A DNA stretch of 64,000 nucleotides from Octopus sinensis (taxonomy: Eukaryota), in assembly GCF_006345805.1 (NCBI RefSeq), contig NC_043004.1, positions 12,090,001 to 12,154,000 of the forward strand. The letters are read 5' to 3'. Shown here piece after piece: positions 13,110-26,173 of this stretch (its first letter is position 1; every line of letters starts with the position of its first letter). Position numbers and translations under genes: made by a program. The notes under the pieces were generated by a model. That model was not told the DNA's origin, did not search any database, and saw nothing but the letters and a program-made list of their open reading frames with translations.

Positions 13110-13500
13110 CTCTCTTTTACTTGTTTCAGTCATTTGACTGCAGCCATACTGGAGCACCGCCTTTTAGTTAAGCAAATCGACCCCAAACCTTATTCTTTGT
13201 AAGCCTAATACTTATTCTATTAGTCTCTTTCGCCAAATCGTTACAGGGCCACAAACACACCATCATCGGTTGTCAAGCGATGTTGGGAGGATAGACACAG
13301 ACACACAAACACACACACACACATATATATACATATATACAATGGGCTTCTTTCAGTTTCTGTCTACCAAATCCACTCACAAAGCTTTGGTCGGCCCGAG
13401 GCTATAGTAGAAGACACTTGCCCAAGGTGCCACGCAGTGGGACTGAACCCGGAAGCATGTGGTTGGTAAGCAAGCTACTTACCACACAGCCACTCCTTCG
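13110..13500 (-). mobile_element. SINE family A, full length
   Basis: Both modules plus internal microsatellite. Confidence 0.92.
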
Positions 13501-13533
13501 CCAATATATACATACATAAGTATCTACATATTT

Positions 13534-13572
<39 letters not shown>

Positions 13573-14228
13573 TATATATACATATATATATATACACACA
13601 CACTTAAACAAATTCCATGCAAACATTCATTCTTATATCTATCCATACATGGATGTGTACACTTCCATTCCTATATCCATACATTATTGTGTCTTGTAGA
13701 CATGCCATGTCATGACAAGATGCTTCTGTTGTTCCTTAATTACCCAGTAGTTAGACATACTTGCTATAGCCCTCCCCCACAGGACCTTCCCTATTAAATT
13801 GCTGCCCCCTCCTCTCCTTCTCTGGCACTCCCTCTGGATACAACATCCTGATCATCAAACCTCTCTCTCTCTCTCCCCACCCCTTTGCTCCTTCCTTCAT
13901 TCACAACTCCCTGATTAAACCTTTCCCTAGTTTTGTCTCCTTCACACACACACACACACACACACACAGACCCCTGACCCACTAACCATACCCCCAACTC
14001 ATCAGTCCTCTCCTTTCAGCTTGTTCTTCCTCCTCCTTTTCCTCACACATCTCCCTCATCAAACCTCTAGTTTCTGCTCCTCATCCTCTTCCTCTCTGTC
14101 ATTTTCCTTTTACCCCCTTCCTCCCTCTCTCCCTCTCTCTCAGTGGACAATGGTGACATACCTCCCCCCCCCGTACTCTTTACATTCTATTTTCTGACAC
14201 TACTGCTTTTCTCCCCTTCTCCCATTCC

Positions 14229-14265
<37 letters not shown>

Positions 14266-14459
14266 GCCAGGCATTTATTTCACCTCCACCCTCTTCCTCA
14301 AAACTCCCAGAACATTCTCTCTCTCCCCCTGAACCAACAATCAATTTGTCAGGGAGGTGTGTGTCTGGCGGAAGCGGGGGAAGGGCATTCTTGGTGAGAA
14401 GCAGACAGATAAGGTGGGGAGTATTTATTTGATAATAAATTTGTGATGGTGACCATAAT

Positions 14460-14940
14460 GTTGTTGGTAGTTGGTGCCTGTCATCCCCATCATCATCATC
14501 ACCACCACCACCACCACAACAACCACCCACCACCACCACCACAATCATCATCATCACTGTTGTCATTGTCATTATTGTCATCATGGTCATCAACCAATCA
14601 TCATCATCATGAGCATTGTCATCATGATCATCTTTATCTTCATCCTTGGCATTCTCATCATCATCATTACCACTGCCGTCATCATCATCATCATCATTAT
14701 CACCATCATGATCAGCATTGTCGTCACCATCATCATCATCATCATCATGATCAGCAATGCCATCGCCATCGCAATTATAACCCCAGCCACCATCATCATC
14801 CTTCTCCTCATCATCATTATCATCACAGTCATCATCATCATCATCATCATCATCACCATCATGATCAGCTCTGTTATCACCATCATCAACATCATCATCA
14901 CAATTATCATCGTTGTCATTGTCGTCTTCATCTAATGATG
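14460..14940. repeat. Degenerate (CAT/CAC)n trinucleotide tract
   Basis: Seen directly; source of Asp-, His- and Met-rich ORFs. Confidence 0.9.
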
Positions 14941-15409
14941 GTTGATGTGTCCAAGACTTACATTTCTGGTAATGTGCTGCATAGAACTGTGTCCAAAAAT
15001 TCCTGTGCTTGTGTGTATGTACGTGCATATGTGTGTATGTATGTATGTATGTATGTATGTATGTATGTATGTATGTATGTATGTATGTATGTATATGTGT
15101 ATGTATGTGTGCATGCATGTAAATGTTAGATTGAAGTTATTAATCTTAAATGATTTTAAGAATAAAAACAGAACATTTATTGATAAGTAAACTCAACACT
15201 GAAAACAAGTCAGATGTTTGTATACATGTAAGTATGGTGTGTACATAATGTGTGTGTGTGTGTGAAAGTAATAGGTTATTACAGTAAAAGAAAAGAACAC
15301 AGTGTTGAAAGTTATAATAAGCATCGAGTATGTATGCAACTGTTGTAGACAACAAAAGGTGGACAGTATAAAGTAAAAGGAGTTTATGAACCATCGCAAC
15401 CAAGAGAAT

Positions 15410-15900
15410 ACCCTCCATCAGACATTTGCCATATTCTGAATGTCTTACTTCCCTGGGCATGGATACATTGAAACTCCGACATCTGGCAGCTGACTTGGCA
15501 GACACCCATAAAATTATAACCATCTTAGTAACAATATCTCTGAGCACCTTTTCAAACTCCACCTGTCTAACACCCGTGGACATGTTTACAAAGTCAGAAA
15601 ACAGCACAGCTCCAATGACTTTCGGAAACATTTTTTTCACGTCACGCTAAGAGTTGTTGAAGTATGGAACAAACTGCCCGCATCAGTTTTTAGTTGTCGG
15701 AGCACCGCATCCTTCAAAACTTCCATGCTTCCTGAGATTCGCCAACACTACACCTGATTTTCTACACTCCATACCACACACAAGCATGTATCTCACTCAT
15801 ACACTGTTCACTTTCCAGACATTTGTACATTACTGCATATGCTTTATACGCACTTTTGACAAGTTGTGGTGCACCTGAGCACTGTATACAATAATTTCAT
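15410..15900 (+). pseudogene. 5'-truncated CR1-like LINE: ORF2 C-terminus and 3' UTR, frameshifted
   Basis: PYSECLTSLGMDTLKLRHLAADL..THKII, then in another frame LSNTRGHVYKVRKQ...FRKHFF..LRVVEVWNKLP...FK, the typical CR1 RT C-terminal signature; ends in an (ATT)n tail. Confidence 0.85.
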
Positions 15901-15916
15901 TATTATTATTATCATT

Positions 15917-16470
15917 GAGTGAGAGAGCAGTTCATGCCATCAAAGTGACACTGGGGTAAAATATACGAAGCCCAATATACCCATCATGACTACCCGTCTG
16001 ATAAAGGTACACCAGGCACATGCATCACAAGCATATGTGCGCGACATGGTGATCTCATATCAAGATAAACAGCACATGACCTTGCAGGTGGGGCCCAGTT
16101 AGAATTTTCTTCAGGTTGAGTAGCCCATCCCGCTCAAACGGTCCCTGAATAAGGGTTGTTTAAGGATGTTGAAAGAACCACCCATGTTTCCAGAGGTGAA
16201 CTATTCAAACCCCAAAGAATCCCTCAACACATGGCTATGATGCTCCCCCACTACTTCTGCTCGTGATCAGAGATGCACATATCATCAGCCACTAAGGGAC
16301 ATGCTCAACTGGTTAAGGTCAAACAACTGACAAGCAAATCTGTAGTATTGAGCAGAATATTTGCTGTAGCCCATCTTTTATACCAAGACAAAACAATATA
16401 CATGATAACACTTCCAATCAGTTAAGATCAGAAGCCATGAGAGCCACTGCCTGGTACTGCATCAGGGCAT
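15917..16470 (-). mobile_element. Young ~550-bp non-coding interspersed element (family H) flanked by (AAT)n on both sides
   Basis: About 98% identical by eye to 57776-58262; fragment at 36331-36389. Strand inferred from the tail. Confidence 0.85.
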
Positions 16471-16739
16471 TATTATTTATTATTATTATTATTATTATTT
16501 GTGATATTAAAATTAGAAGAAAGTTTGATAAGATGACAGTCCCTATACAAATCCCAGTTTGGCAGCTAAAGTTGTTAGAAAAGGCAAATAAAAATCTAAG
16601 ACTTTTACCACTCCATACATTCTTTAATAAGTGTGTGTGTGGGGGGTGTATGTGTGTGTGTGTGGGGGGTGTATATGTGTGTGTGTGGGGGGTGTATGTG
16701 TGTGTGTGTGGGTGTATGTGTGTGTGTGTGTGTTTGTAT

Positions 16740-16945
16740 GCTTATGTGTCTGTGTTTGTCCCCCCCAACATCACTTGACAACTGATGCTGGAGTGTTTTC
16801 ATCCCCGTAACTTAGTGGTGCGGCAAAAGAGACTGATAGAACATGTACTAGGCTTACAAAGAATAATTCCTGGGGTCGATTTGCTCAACTGGAGGCGGTG
16901 CTCCGGTATGGCCACAGTCAAATGACTGAAACAAATAAAAGAGTA
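16740..16945 (+). mobile_element. SINE family A 3' module
   Basis: GTCTGTGTTTGTCCCCCC...CAGTCAAATGACTGAAAC. Confidence 0.85.
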
Positions 16946-16974
16946 ATATTAATAATAATAATAATAATCATTAC

Positions 16975-17210
16975 TGCCAAAGGCACAAGGCCTTGAAATT
17001 TTGGGGGAGGGGGCAGGTCAATAACATTGAGCCAAGTGTTTCTTTCGCTGGTACTTAATTTATCGACCCCGAAAGGATGAAAGGCAAAGTTGACCTGGGC
17101 AGAGTTTGAACTCAGAACATAAGGATGGTGAGCTGGCAGAATGGTTAAGCACGCCTAGCAACCCAGAACCATGTGGTTGGTAAGCAAGCTACTTACAACA
17201 CAGCCATATA
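16975..17210. mobile_element. Composite of a SINE B (-), a SINE B head (+) and a SINE A head (-)
   Basis: GGCACAAGGCC...TTTGAACTCAGAAC; GGTGAGCTGGCAGAATGGTTAAGCACG; ACCCAGAACCATGTGG...CACAGCC. Confidence 0.75.
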
Positions 17211-17573
17211 TATAAACACACATACATATACATATGTTTGTAATGAGCTCTCTTAATAGAGTGCCCTCTGTCAGAAGCTCTCTGGTTAAAGCCTGCATTT
17301 TTGAAACAATGGGTGAAGTTGCCTTCATATGTATTCACAAGGTGTGTACCCTTTCTCTAAAAAAAACCAAGTGGCATCACCCCTCCTGCCGTCCATCCAA
17401 CCGCCTCCTCATTCTTGTTATATTGGTCAAGGTCAATATCTTCCTTACAATGGGAGAACAATCGACCCCCTTTTCATTCCCCTTGCTCATGGGTGAGGGG
17501 GTAAGTGTAAGGAGCCCCCCCCCCCCCGAACATGGAGTGCCGGCGGCGTATTATGTTACTGATAACCTTAAAC

Positions 17574-17619
<46 letters not shown>

Positions 17620-17778
17620 TACATCAAGATTGTGATGACCACAGTGGTGGTGGTGGTGGTGGTGGCGGCGGCGACAGTGTCACCAATAACAACAAATAGC
17701 CACAGTGATGTTTCTCAATGGGCGTGCTCATGTGTGACTATATGGAGAGGCATGCTTATATATGGTTGTGTAGACATC

Positions 17779-17822
<44 letters not shown>

Positions 17823-17832
17823 ATGCGTCCTT

Positions 17833-18088
17833 GTATATTGTGGTGTCGACATCTGTGTATGTTTCTGCACGTGCATCTCTCTCCCTATCTATTTCTTTCT
17901 CTCGGTGTGTGTGTATATATATATATATACACACACATATATACAGACACACGTATATATATACACACGCGCACACACACACACACACATACACATATAT
18001 ATATACACACACACACCAAGAGAAAGAAATAGATAGGGAGAGAGATGCACGTGCATAAAAATACACAGATGTCCACACCACAATATAC
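17833..18088. repeat. Near-perfect inverted repeat of unique sequence (~77-bp arms)
   Basis: 17833-17912 versus reverse complement of 18005-18088, 4 mismatches by my count. Confidence 0.9.
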
Positions 18089-18312
18089 ACACACACACAC
18101 ATACAAACACACGTATATATACACATACGCACTCGCACACAAACACACATGTATGTGTGTGTGTGTGTGTGTGTGTGTAGGCATATATATACGTGTGTAT
18201 GCATCTTTGTATATAACTCTGTGGGCATCTCTGTATGCGTGTATTGTGTGTGTGTGTGTGTGTGTGTGTATAAATCCTTGTATATTGTTGTGTGGACATC
18301 TGTGTGTGTGTG

Positions 18313-18350
<38 letters not shown>

Positions 18351-18384
18351 TCTCTCTCTCCTCCTCCCTATCTCTAGACCCCTA

Positions 18385-18555
18385 GCCACCAAAGCTTTTT
18401 TTTATTCTCTCTCTGTTTATTTTCTTGTATTCCTTTCTGCTGAAGAGCATAGGCTCGAAACATAAAAGACTTTCTCACCTTCCTGAGTGTTAAACTAATA
18501 CACCTGTTTGTTGTTTATACACCTGTCTTCATCTATTGTTTTTTGTGAATTCCAA
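18385..18555 (+). mobile_element. Short repeat family with a hammerhead-like motif (Penelope/retrozyme-type, non-canonical core)
   Basis: CTTT-CTGCTGAA-GAGC atag GCTC-GAAAC-ATA-AAAG; sister copies at 19812-19980 (-) and 58942-59110 (+). Confidence 0.5.
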
Positions 18556-18573
18556 CTATATATATATATATAT

Positions 18574-18762
18574 CGGGTGGCACGTAAAAAGCACCCACTA
18601 CACTCACGGAGTGGTTGGCGTTAGGAAGGGCATCCAGCCGTAGAAACACTGCCAGATTTGACTGGGCCTGATGAAGCCTTCTGGCTTCACAGACCCCAGT
18701 AGAGCCGTCCAACCCATGCTAGCATGGAAAACGGACGCTAAATGATGATGATGATGATGATA
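18574..18762 (+). mobile_element. Family C tail, well preserved
   Basis: GGCACGTAAAAAGCACCCACTACAC...TTAGGAAGGGCATCCAGCCGTAGAAAC...GGACGCTAAATGATGATG. Confidence 0.9.
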
Positions 18763-18775
18763 TATATATGTATAT

Positions 18776-18818
<43 letters not shown>

Positions 18819-18866
18819 TATGTATATGTACACAGTCACACGCGCATATATATATATATACACACA

Positions 18867-18897
<31 letters not shown>

Positions 18898-19089
18898 GTG
18901 TGTTATTGCATCCTCCTGGCAACACCACCACCACCAGCACCTCCTTGTTGAAACGCCTTCCACTCAGCTCCCAATATTGTTACCATCACAAGAGTCACAG
19001 GATGACCACCTTTACCTGTACTACAATACTACCACCACCATGCCTACAACCTCTGCTAATATCACATACAGAGCTCCACCACCAACACT

Positions 19090-19525
19090 AACTTTAGTTT
19101 CAAGGTCAGAAACATGGCCAGTAATTTGGTGGGGCGGGGCTATTCATATACATTGCTCCCCCAATATTCAGTTGGTACTTATTTTATTGAAATAAAGGGA
19201 TGGAAGGCGAAGTCAACCCTGACAGGATTTGAACTAAGAACGTAATCATTAGAGATGTTCCTAAGCAATTTTCCAGTACAGTAACAGTTCTGCCAGCTCA
19301 CCACCTTACTACTACAAGTAACTAATATTGGCTTGAACGCCAGGAAGTTTGAGGGGAGGGGTAAGTCCATTACATTGACCCTAGTCCTCAACTGGTACTT
19401 ATTTTGTCAACCCTGGAAGGATAAAAGGCAAAATCAACCACGGCAGAATTTGAACTCAGAACATAGAGATTTAGATGAAATGCCACTAAGCACATTGCCC
19501 AACATGCTAATAATTCTACCCATTC
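19090..19525 (-). mobile_element. Two tandem degenerate SINE B copies
   Basis: Two occurrences of GGATTTGAACT/GAATTTGAACTCAGAAC with AAGGC(G/A)AA(G/A)TCAAC. Confidence 0.7.
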
Positions 19526-19549
19526 ACTACATTAGTACTATTACTTATA

Positions 19550-19766
19550 CAGTAAACCCATGCCATATCGTAGATCACCTATAACTGTTTATTTTTTAAG
19601 CTTATGTCAATTCCTCCGTAGTGTTGTTTTGCATTTATGATAAAATATACGCAAATTATGAAAATAATTTTTAAAACATACAGTATAGTACTGTTTCTAC
19701 ATCCTAGATTTTCACCTATCATGGGTGGTTTTGGAATGTAACACCAGGATAGGTGAGGGATCATTG
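19550..19766. mobile_element. pogo/Tigger-like MITE with TA flanks
   Basis: TA-CAGTAAACCC...GAGGGATCATTG-TA; homologous copy at 20258-20480. Confidence 0.6.
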
Positions 19767-19772
19767 TATATA

Positions 19773-19811
<39 letters not shown>

Positions 19812-19818
<7 letters not shown>

Positions 19819-19980
19819 AGAGTTTATGAAAAAACCAAAGATGAAGACAAGTGGTGTACAAAACAAACAGATGTATTAGTGTAATGCTCAGGAATAGAAA
19901 AAGTCCTTTACGTTTCGAGCCTACACTCTTCTACAGAAAGGGACACAAAAAACACAAGGAGAGAAACAAAGAGAGAATAT
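19812..19980 (-). mobile_element. Second copy of the 18385 hammerhead-like repeat
   Basis: Minus strand CCTTT-CTGTAGAA-GAGT gtag GCTC-GAAAC-GTA-AAGG. Confidence 0.5.
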
Positions 19981-20257
19981 GTATATATATATATATATAT
20001 ATGTTTCAAAAAGAAAATAGAAACTTCATGTGGAAGAGATATGGGGAAATTAAGAAGAAAAAAAGGGAAATGTACATTGGATATAAAAAAAATAAAGGCT
20101 TTTTTATGAAAAGTAACAATAAATATACACAATTAGATGAACTGAGGTAGAATTAAGAGGAATAAAAGTCATTACTATGAATTGTTAAAATGATTCAAAG
20201 TCCGTCAATTACTGTTCACTGGCTTTGAATGTGCACTGATATATATATACATACACG

Positions 20258-20480
20258 TAGTAATCCCTCACCACATCGCGATTCACCTATTACAGCTAAT
20301 TATTTAATTTTACGTCAATTTCTCCATGGTGTTGTTTTGCATTTAAAATAAAATGAATATATACAAATTATAAAAACAATAAAAGAAAATATACAGTACA
20401 GTACTATTTCTACTTCGTGGATTTTTACCTATCACAGGGGGTTTTGGAATGTAACACCCACAATAGTCAAGGGATTAAGG
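20258..20480. mobile_element. pogo/Tigger-like MITE, second copy
   Basis: AGTAATCCCTC...AAGGGATTA; interior aligns with 19550-19766. Confidence 0.6.
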
Positions 20481-20494
20481 ACAGTTGAGGGATT

Positions 20495-20855
20495 AAGGCA
20501 GCAAGCAAGGTGACAGAATCATTAGTGTACCAGGCAAAAAGCTTGGCGGCATTTTGTCTGGTCTGAGGTTCTGAGTTCAAATTCTGTCAAGTTTAACATT
20601 GCCTTTCATCCTTTCAAGGTTGATAAAATAAGTACCAGTTGAATACTGGGGGTTGATGTATTCAACCTACTCACTCCGAATGAACTTGCTGACCTTGTGC
20701 CAAAATTTGAAGCTAGCATTACATACAAAGTTAAGGCGGCAAGCTGGGAGAATGGTTAGCATGTTTTGGGGCGTTTCATCTGTCTTTACGTTCCAAGTTC
20801 AAATTCCACTGAGGTTGACCTTGCCGTTCATCTTGTTGATATCGATAAAATAAAT
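20495..20855 (+). mobile_element. Two tandem SINE B copies
   Basis: AAGGCAGCAAG...TTCTGAGTTCAAATTC and AAGGCGGCAAGCTGG...AAGTTCAAATTCC. Confidence 0.75.
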
Positions 20856-21049
20856 ACCTGTCACCCTCTCACCAATCTTGCTAGCTTGGGGCCAAAATGT
20901 AGAATCAATATCACATAGAGCTCTACCACCAACACTACTACTACCACCACCACCACCACCACCACCAACACTACTACTACAACAGCTCATAATTACATAC
21001 AGAGGTCTACCACCAACACTGCTACCAACACAGCATAGCACATAGCAAC

Positions 21050-21715
21050 ACTACCACCGCAGCCACCACAGTGCCCCAGTGGCCACTACTAATACACATA
21101 AAACACCACTACCAATACAATACTATCACACCACTGTAGTACAACCATCAGGGACTTTGCTATCATGTAGTTTTAATCACATTGTTGTTGTTGGTGGTGC
21201 TGTTGTTGTTGTTGTTGTTGCTGTTTTTGTTGTCGTCGTTGCTGCTGCTGCTGCTGTCTCTACTCCTCCATGTCACTCATTATTTGTACCTTTGGCTTTC
21301 CATTCCGCACCTCAACCCCCCCCCGCCACACCTTCGTTACCACTACTACTTGATTACTTCACACCACCCTACTACCACCTCTGCTGCTTTATCGTTCCAT
21401 GCCACTCTTTTGCCATGGGTTCCTCCCCAAAAGACACCACCACCACCACCACCACCACCACCCTACATGCTGCTGTACTGCAGCCACACTCTGCAACGCC
21501 TATTGACACCTATAACAGTCACACCTACTACTATTACGACTACTATCACCACCACCACCACCACCACTACTACTACTACAACCACTACCACAATTACTAC
21601 CGCCACTACTACCACTACCATCACCACTGCCATTGTCACCACCATCAGCACCACTACCACTACTACCATCACAACCACAACTACTACCACTACCATCACC
21701 ATCACCACCACCACC

Positions 21716-21749
<34 letters not shown>

Positions 21750-21960
21750 TCACCAATACCACAACTATTACCACTACTACTCCCTCTATCATCACCACCA
21801 CCATCACCACTACCACCACTACTACCACCACCACGGCAGTCACTACTACAACTACTATTACTACTGCTGCTGCTGCTGTACCTAAACATTTACATACCCT
21901 CTCTACCTCTGCCACTACCAGATTCTACACTACCCACTACCGACTACCACCCATACCACA
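21050..21960. repeat. Degenerate (ACC/ACT/TTG)n tract
   Basis: Seen directly; gives Thr-, His- and Val-rich ORFs in all frames. Confidence 0.9.
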
Positions 21961-22039
21961 CCTCACCCTTCTGGTGACATGGAATTCTGCAGACATGTTT
22001 GCTCAGCACCAATTAGTCGACCAAATTATCACCTTGCTG

Positions 22040-22720
22040 TCAGGAACCTTGCACACACATACACACACATGCGTGCGCACTTACACACAGACATAGGCAC
22101 ACAGACACACACACACACACACATGCTCATGCACTCACACACACAAACACACATGTACATGCACTTACATATACACACACACATAACCTAGGCATATTTA
22201 CCGTGTACCGCTTAACGTATGTACACACGCATACATGCACACTGCAGATGCACACACATACCACATAGGTGCACACATGACAACTTTCACTTTCACACAC
22301 GTGTGCATACACATGCACCTATATGCCTATACATACACATGCATACTACATATGCATACACACATCATGCAAACACATGCATCACACATTTACACACATA
22401 CCTACCACATGCGTCTTACACATATACACACATACACAACTGCATATGCATATATTTACATCTCTTGCACACATACAGATATACACCACAGATGCACATA
22501 TACGGGATATATACACTACATACTACTTTCACATCACTAATACACACCCTTTTATATATACATAGATATATACACACAGTTAATTATATTCTATTCGTGC
22601 ATATACATGCAACATACTTTTCAAATATACTGACAATCTAACTACCTCGCTATCCAGCTTTATCTATCTATCAATATATATATATATATCTGTCTACCTA
22701 TCTATTTGTCTATCTATCCA

Positions 22721-22756
<36 letters not shown>

Positions 22757-23122
22757 CATCCCTCTCTCCATCTCTCCATTTTTATCTATCAATCTACTTA
22801 TCTCTCTCTCTATCTATGTATCTCTCTCTCTATATATATGTATGTATATGTATGATATGTATGTATATATATGTATATATATGTATGTATGTATATGTAT
22901 GTATGTATGTGTGTATGTATGCATATATGTATGTATATATATATATGTATATATGTATATATATGTATATATGTATATATATATGTATATATATATATGT
23001 ATATATATATGTATATATATATGTATATATATATATATATATGTATATAAGTATATATAAATATATGTATATATGTATATATATATGTATATATTTATAT
23101 ATGTATATATATATATATATCC

Positions 23123-23179
<57 letters not shown>

Positions 23180-23598
23180 CCTTCACTCGTACATAAATAG
23201 GTATAGAGAACACACACATTCATGCATGGTAGTAATTGATATGATACATACACATACACCTTCACTAATACATGTATTGCCTTGTCAACAGAATGCATCG
23301 ACACATACACACACACACACTCAAGCATACACACGTGCAAATGCACACACACACACACACATATGTACTCAGCGATGCAAGTTAAGGAACATAGAGCGGT
23401 ATGCACTCAAATAAATACATTTGCACTTTTATAGCCATAACACACTTACATATACACAAACTCACATGCATACACAATGACATCCAGACACACACACACA
23501 CACACTTTCTTATTTTACACACACACTTTCTTATTACACACACACACATACACTCACTGACATATATTGACATTGACACATGCTAGTACAAACAACAT

Positions 23599-23635
<37 letters not shown>

Positions 23636-23715
23636 TACATACACATACATTGATACACATAATCTTTCATACATACACATACATGCAGATCAATGTTAAG
23701 CAGCCCGAACTCATT

Positions 23716-23756
<41 letters not shown>

Positions 23757-24240
23757 GTACATACTCTCCTGTTCACACACAAACTTGCACACACATAACT
23801 CACACATGCATACATATATACATACATACTCTTTCACACACACACACACAAATACACACACACAGAGTTGTACATACTCTCCTGTTCACACACAAACTTG
23901 CACACACACACACATAACTCACACATGCATACTCTTTCACATACACACACACAGTTGTACATACTCTCTTGCTCACACACAAACTTACACATCCATGAAC
24001 ACACATATATATATATACATACATGCACTTTCATGCATACACACACACACATGCATGCATTTGTAGATACTCTCCTGCACACAGAAATTCACAGATTTAT
24101 ACTCTCCTGCACACAGAAATACTCTCCTGCACACAGAAATTCACAGATTTATACACACACACACACACCACACAGACATACACACACACACACAACGCAC
24201 GTATCAACATACACACATACGCATCTACATACTTCAACGT
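22040..24240. repeat. Extended (CA)n/(TA)n/(ATCT)n low-complexity block with local minisatellites
   Basis: Includes ACAGTTGTACATACTCTC x3 (about 23750-23990) and TACTCTCCTGCACACAGAAAT x3 (about 24068-24150). Confidence 0.9.
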
Positions 24241-24330
24241 TAAGCATCCTGATATGTCACATGACTAAGTCATGTGTCTTCAACCCCAAACACAAAAACC
24301 CATATCATTAACATGGAATCACTTTTCATT

Positions 24331-24382
<52 letters not shown>

Positions 24383-24934
24383 CGCTTGCTCTCTCTGACC
24401 CCTGCATCAGCTCACCACCACTACCTCCACCACCACCACCACCACACAATAGGGCTCACAGATATCAAGTGTGCCAAGGGTCTTTGGTTACTAAAAGTCT
24501 TATTGTTCTCTCATCATCATCATCATCACCAGTAGCAGCAGCATCAACACACACACCACCCCAACCAACTCCAACACCCCCACCACTACCACCATCACTA
24601 CCATCGTCATCATCAGTGTCTTTGTTGATATTTTCATTACCATCATCATCGTTATCACCATCACAACCATCAGTCATTGCCATCATCTTTGTTGACATCA
24701 TCATCATCATCATCACCACCCTGATACCATCATCATCACCACCAACATCATGATCATGTATTAACATACGTGCGTATGTGTTGTGTGTGTGTGTTGTGTG
24801 CATGTGTGTTATCCTGATTTGGATAAAATTTGCAAATTTCTAGCAATGAAAGAGCCTCTCTGTGTATGTCTAATCGACTGGAAATAGCAGTCAAATTTCC
24901 TTCAAGTTGTATCTTCCACTCTGAGAAAGGAAAA

Positions 24935-25340
24935 GGAGTGTGGTAAGAAGCTTGCTTCCCAACCATATGGTGCTGGGTTCAGTCCCACTGTGTGGCACCT
25001 TGGGCGTGTGTCTTCTACTATAGCCTCGGGCCGACCAAAGCCTTGTGAATGGATTTGGTAGACAGAAACTGAAAGAAGCCCATCGTATATATATATGATG
25101 ATGATGATGATGATATTACTCTTTTCCTTGTTTCAGTCATTTGACTGTTGCCATGCTGGAACACCGCCTTTAGTCGAGCAAATCAACCCCAGGACTTATT
25201 CTTTGTAAGCCTAGTACTTATTGTATCAGTCTCTTTTGCTGCACCGCTAAGTTACGGGGATGTAAACACACCAGCATTGGTTGTCAAGCAATGTTGGGGG
25301 TGGGGGACAGACAAACACAGACACATAAACATATACGCAC

Positions 25341-25390
<50 letters not shown>

Positions 25391-25600
25391 CATATATTTG
25401 TGTGTGTCTGTGTTCCTCCCCCTACCATCGCTTGGTAATCGATGTTGGTGTGTTTACATCCCCGTAAATTTGCAGTTCAGCAAAAAGAGACTGATAGAAT
25501 AAGTACTAGGCTTACAAAGAATAAGTCCCGGGGTGAATTTGTTCGACTAAATGGCAGTGCTCCAGCATGGCCACTATTAAATGACTGAAACAAGTAGAAG
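24935..25600 (+). mobile_element. SINE family A with an opposite-strand family A 3' module (25117-25330) nested in its internal microsatellite
   Basis: 5' module 24935-25090 (+), 3' module (-) 25117-25330, 3' module (+) 25395-25600. Confidence 0.85.
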
Positions 25601-25757
25601 AAAAAAAGAAAAAAACGGAATAAGAACTAAGATGTAGGATGTCTGTTGAATGATAAGAATAACATGAATAGTAGCTCTGCTTCAACAGGACTGACATAAC
25701 CAAGGGCTAAAGAGCAACAACTACATCAGAAGCTTTGGTTTTGATCAACCTGATAGA

Positions 25758-26080
25758 GTGGAGGCACATGGTCTAGTGGTTAAGAGTAGCGGACATGCAA
25801 TCAAGGGATGATGGGTTCGAATCTTGGACTGGGTGATGTCTGTGTTTATGAGTGAAACACCTAAATCTCCATGCGGCTCCAGCAGAAGATAAGGGCAAAC
25901 TTCTGCTGACTCTTTCATCACAACTTTCTCTCACTCTTTCTTCCTGCATCTAGCAGCCCCCCTGCGATGGACCAGTGTCCCGTCCAGGTGAGGAACCTAT
26001 ATACCAATGAAACCGGGAAACCAGCCTTTATTATGAGCCAGGCATGGCTCAAAAGGAAACAAACAGCAACAACAACCAGC
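25758..26080 (+). mobile_element. tRNA-derived SINE family E with a V-domain-like segment and (CAA)n tail
   Basis: GTGGAGGCACATGGTCTAGTGGTTAAG...GGTTCGAATC head shared with family D; CCTGCGATGGACCAGTGTCCCGTCCAGG resembles the V-SINE core as I recall it. Confidence 0.75.
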
Positions 26081-26173
26081 TAGAAATAACAGTTAACCAT
26101 TTACATAAAATATTATGCTATTATTTTTCATTTGTTTATATCTTAGATGATGTATTCTTTATATATATATATA

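Noticed and set aside
14231-15118. 295-aa Asp-rich ORF reminiscent of molluscan acidic biomineral proteins
   Set aside because: Starts and ends in microsatellites, has no signal peptide, and all frames of the (GAT/CAT)n tract are open.
17234-17635. 133-aa ORF in unique sequence
   Set aside because: No recognisable motif; ends in poly-Ser from (CAT)n.
21079-22096. 268-304-aa His-rich and mucin-like Thr-rich ORFs
   Set aside because: Degenerate trinucleotide tract open in several frames on both strands, with no non-repetitive domain.
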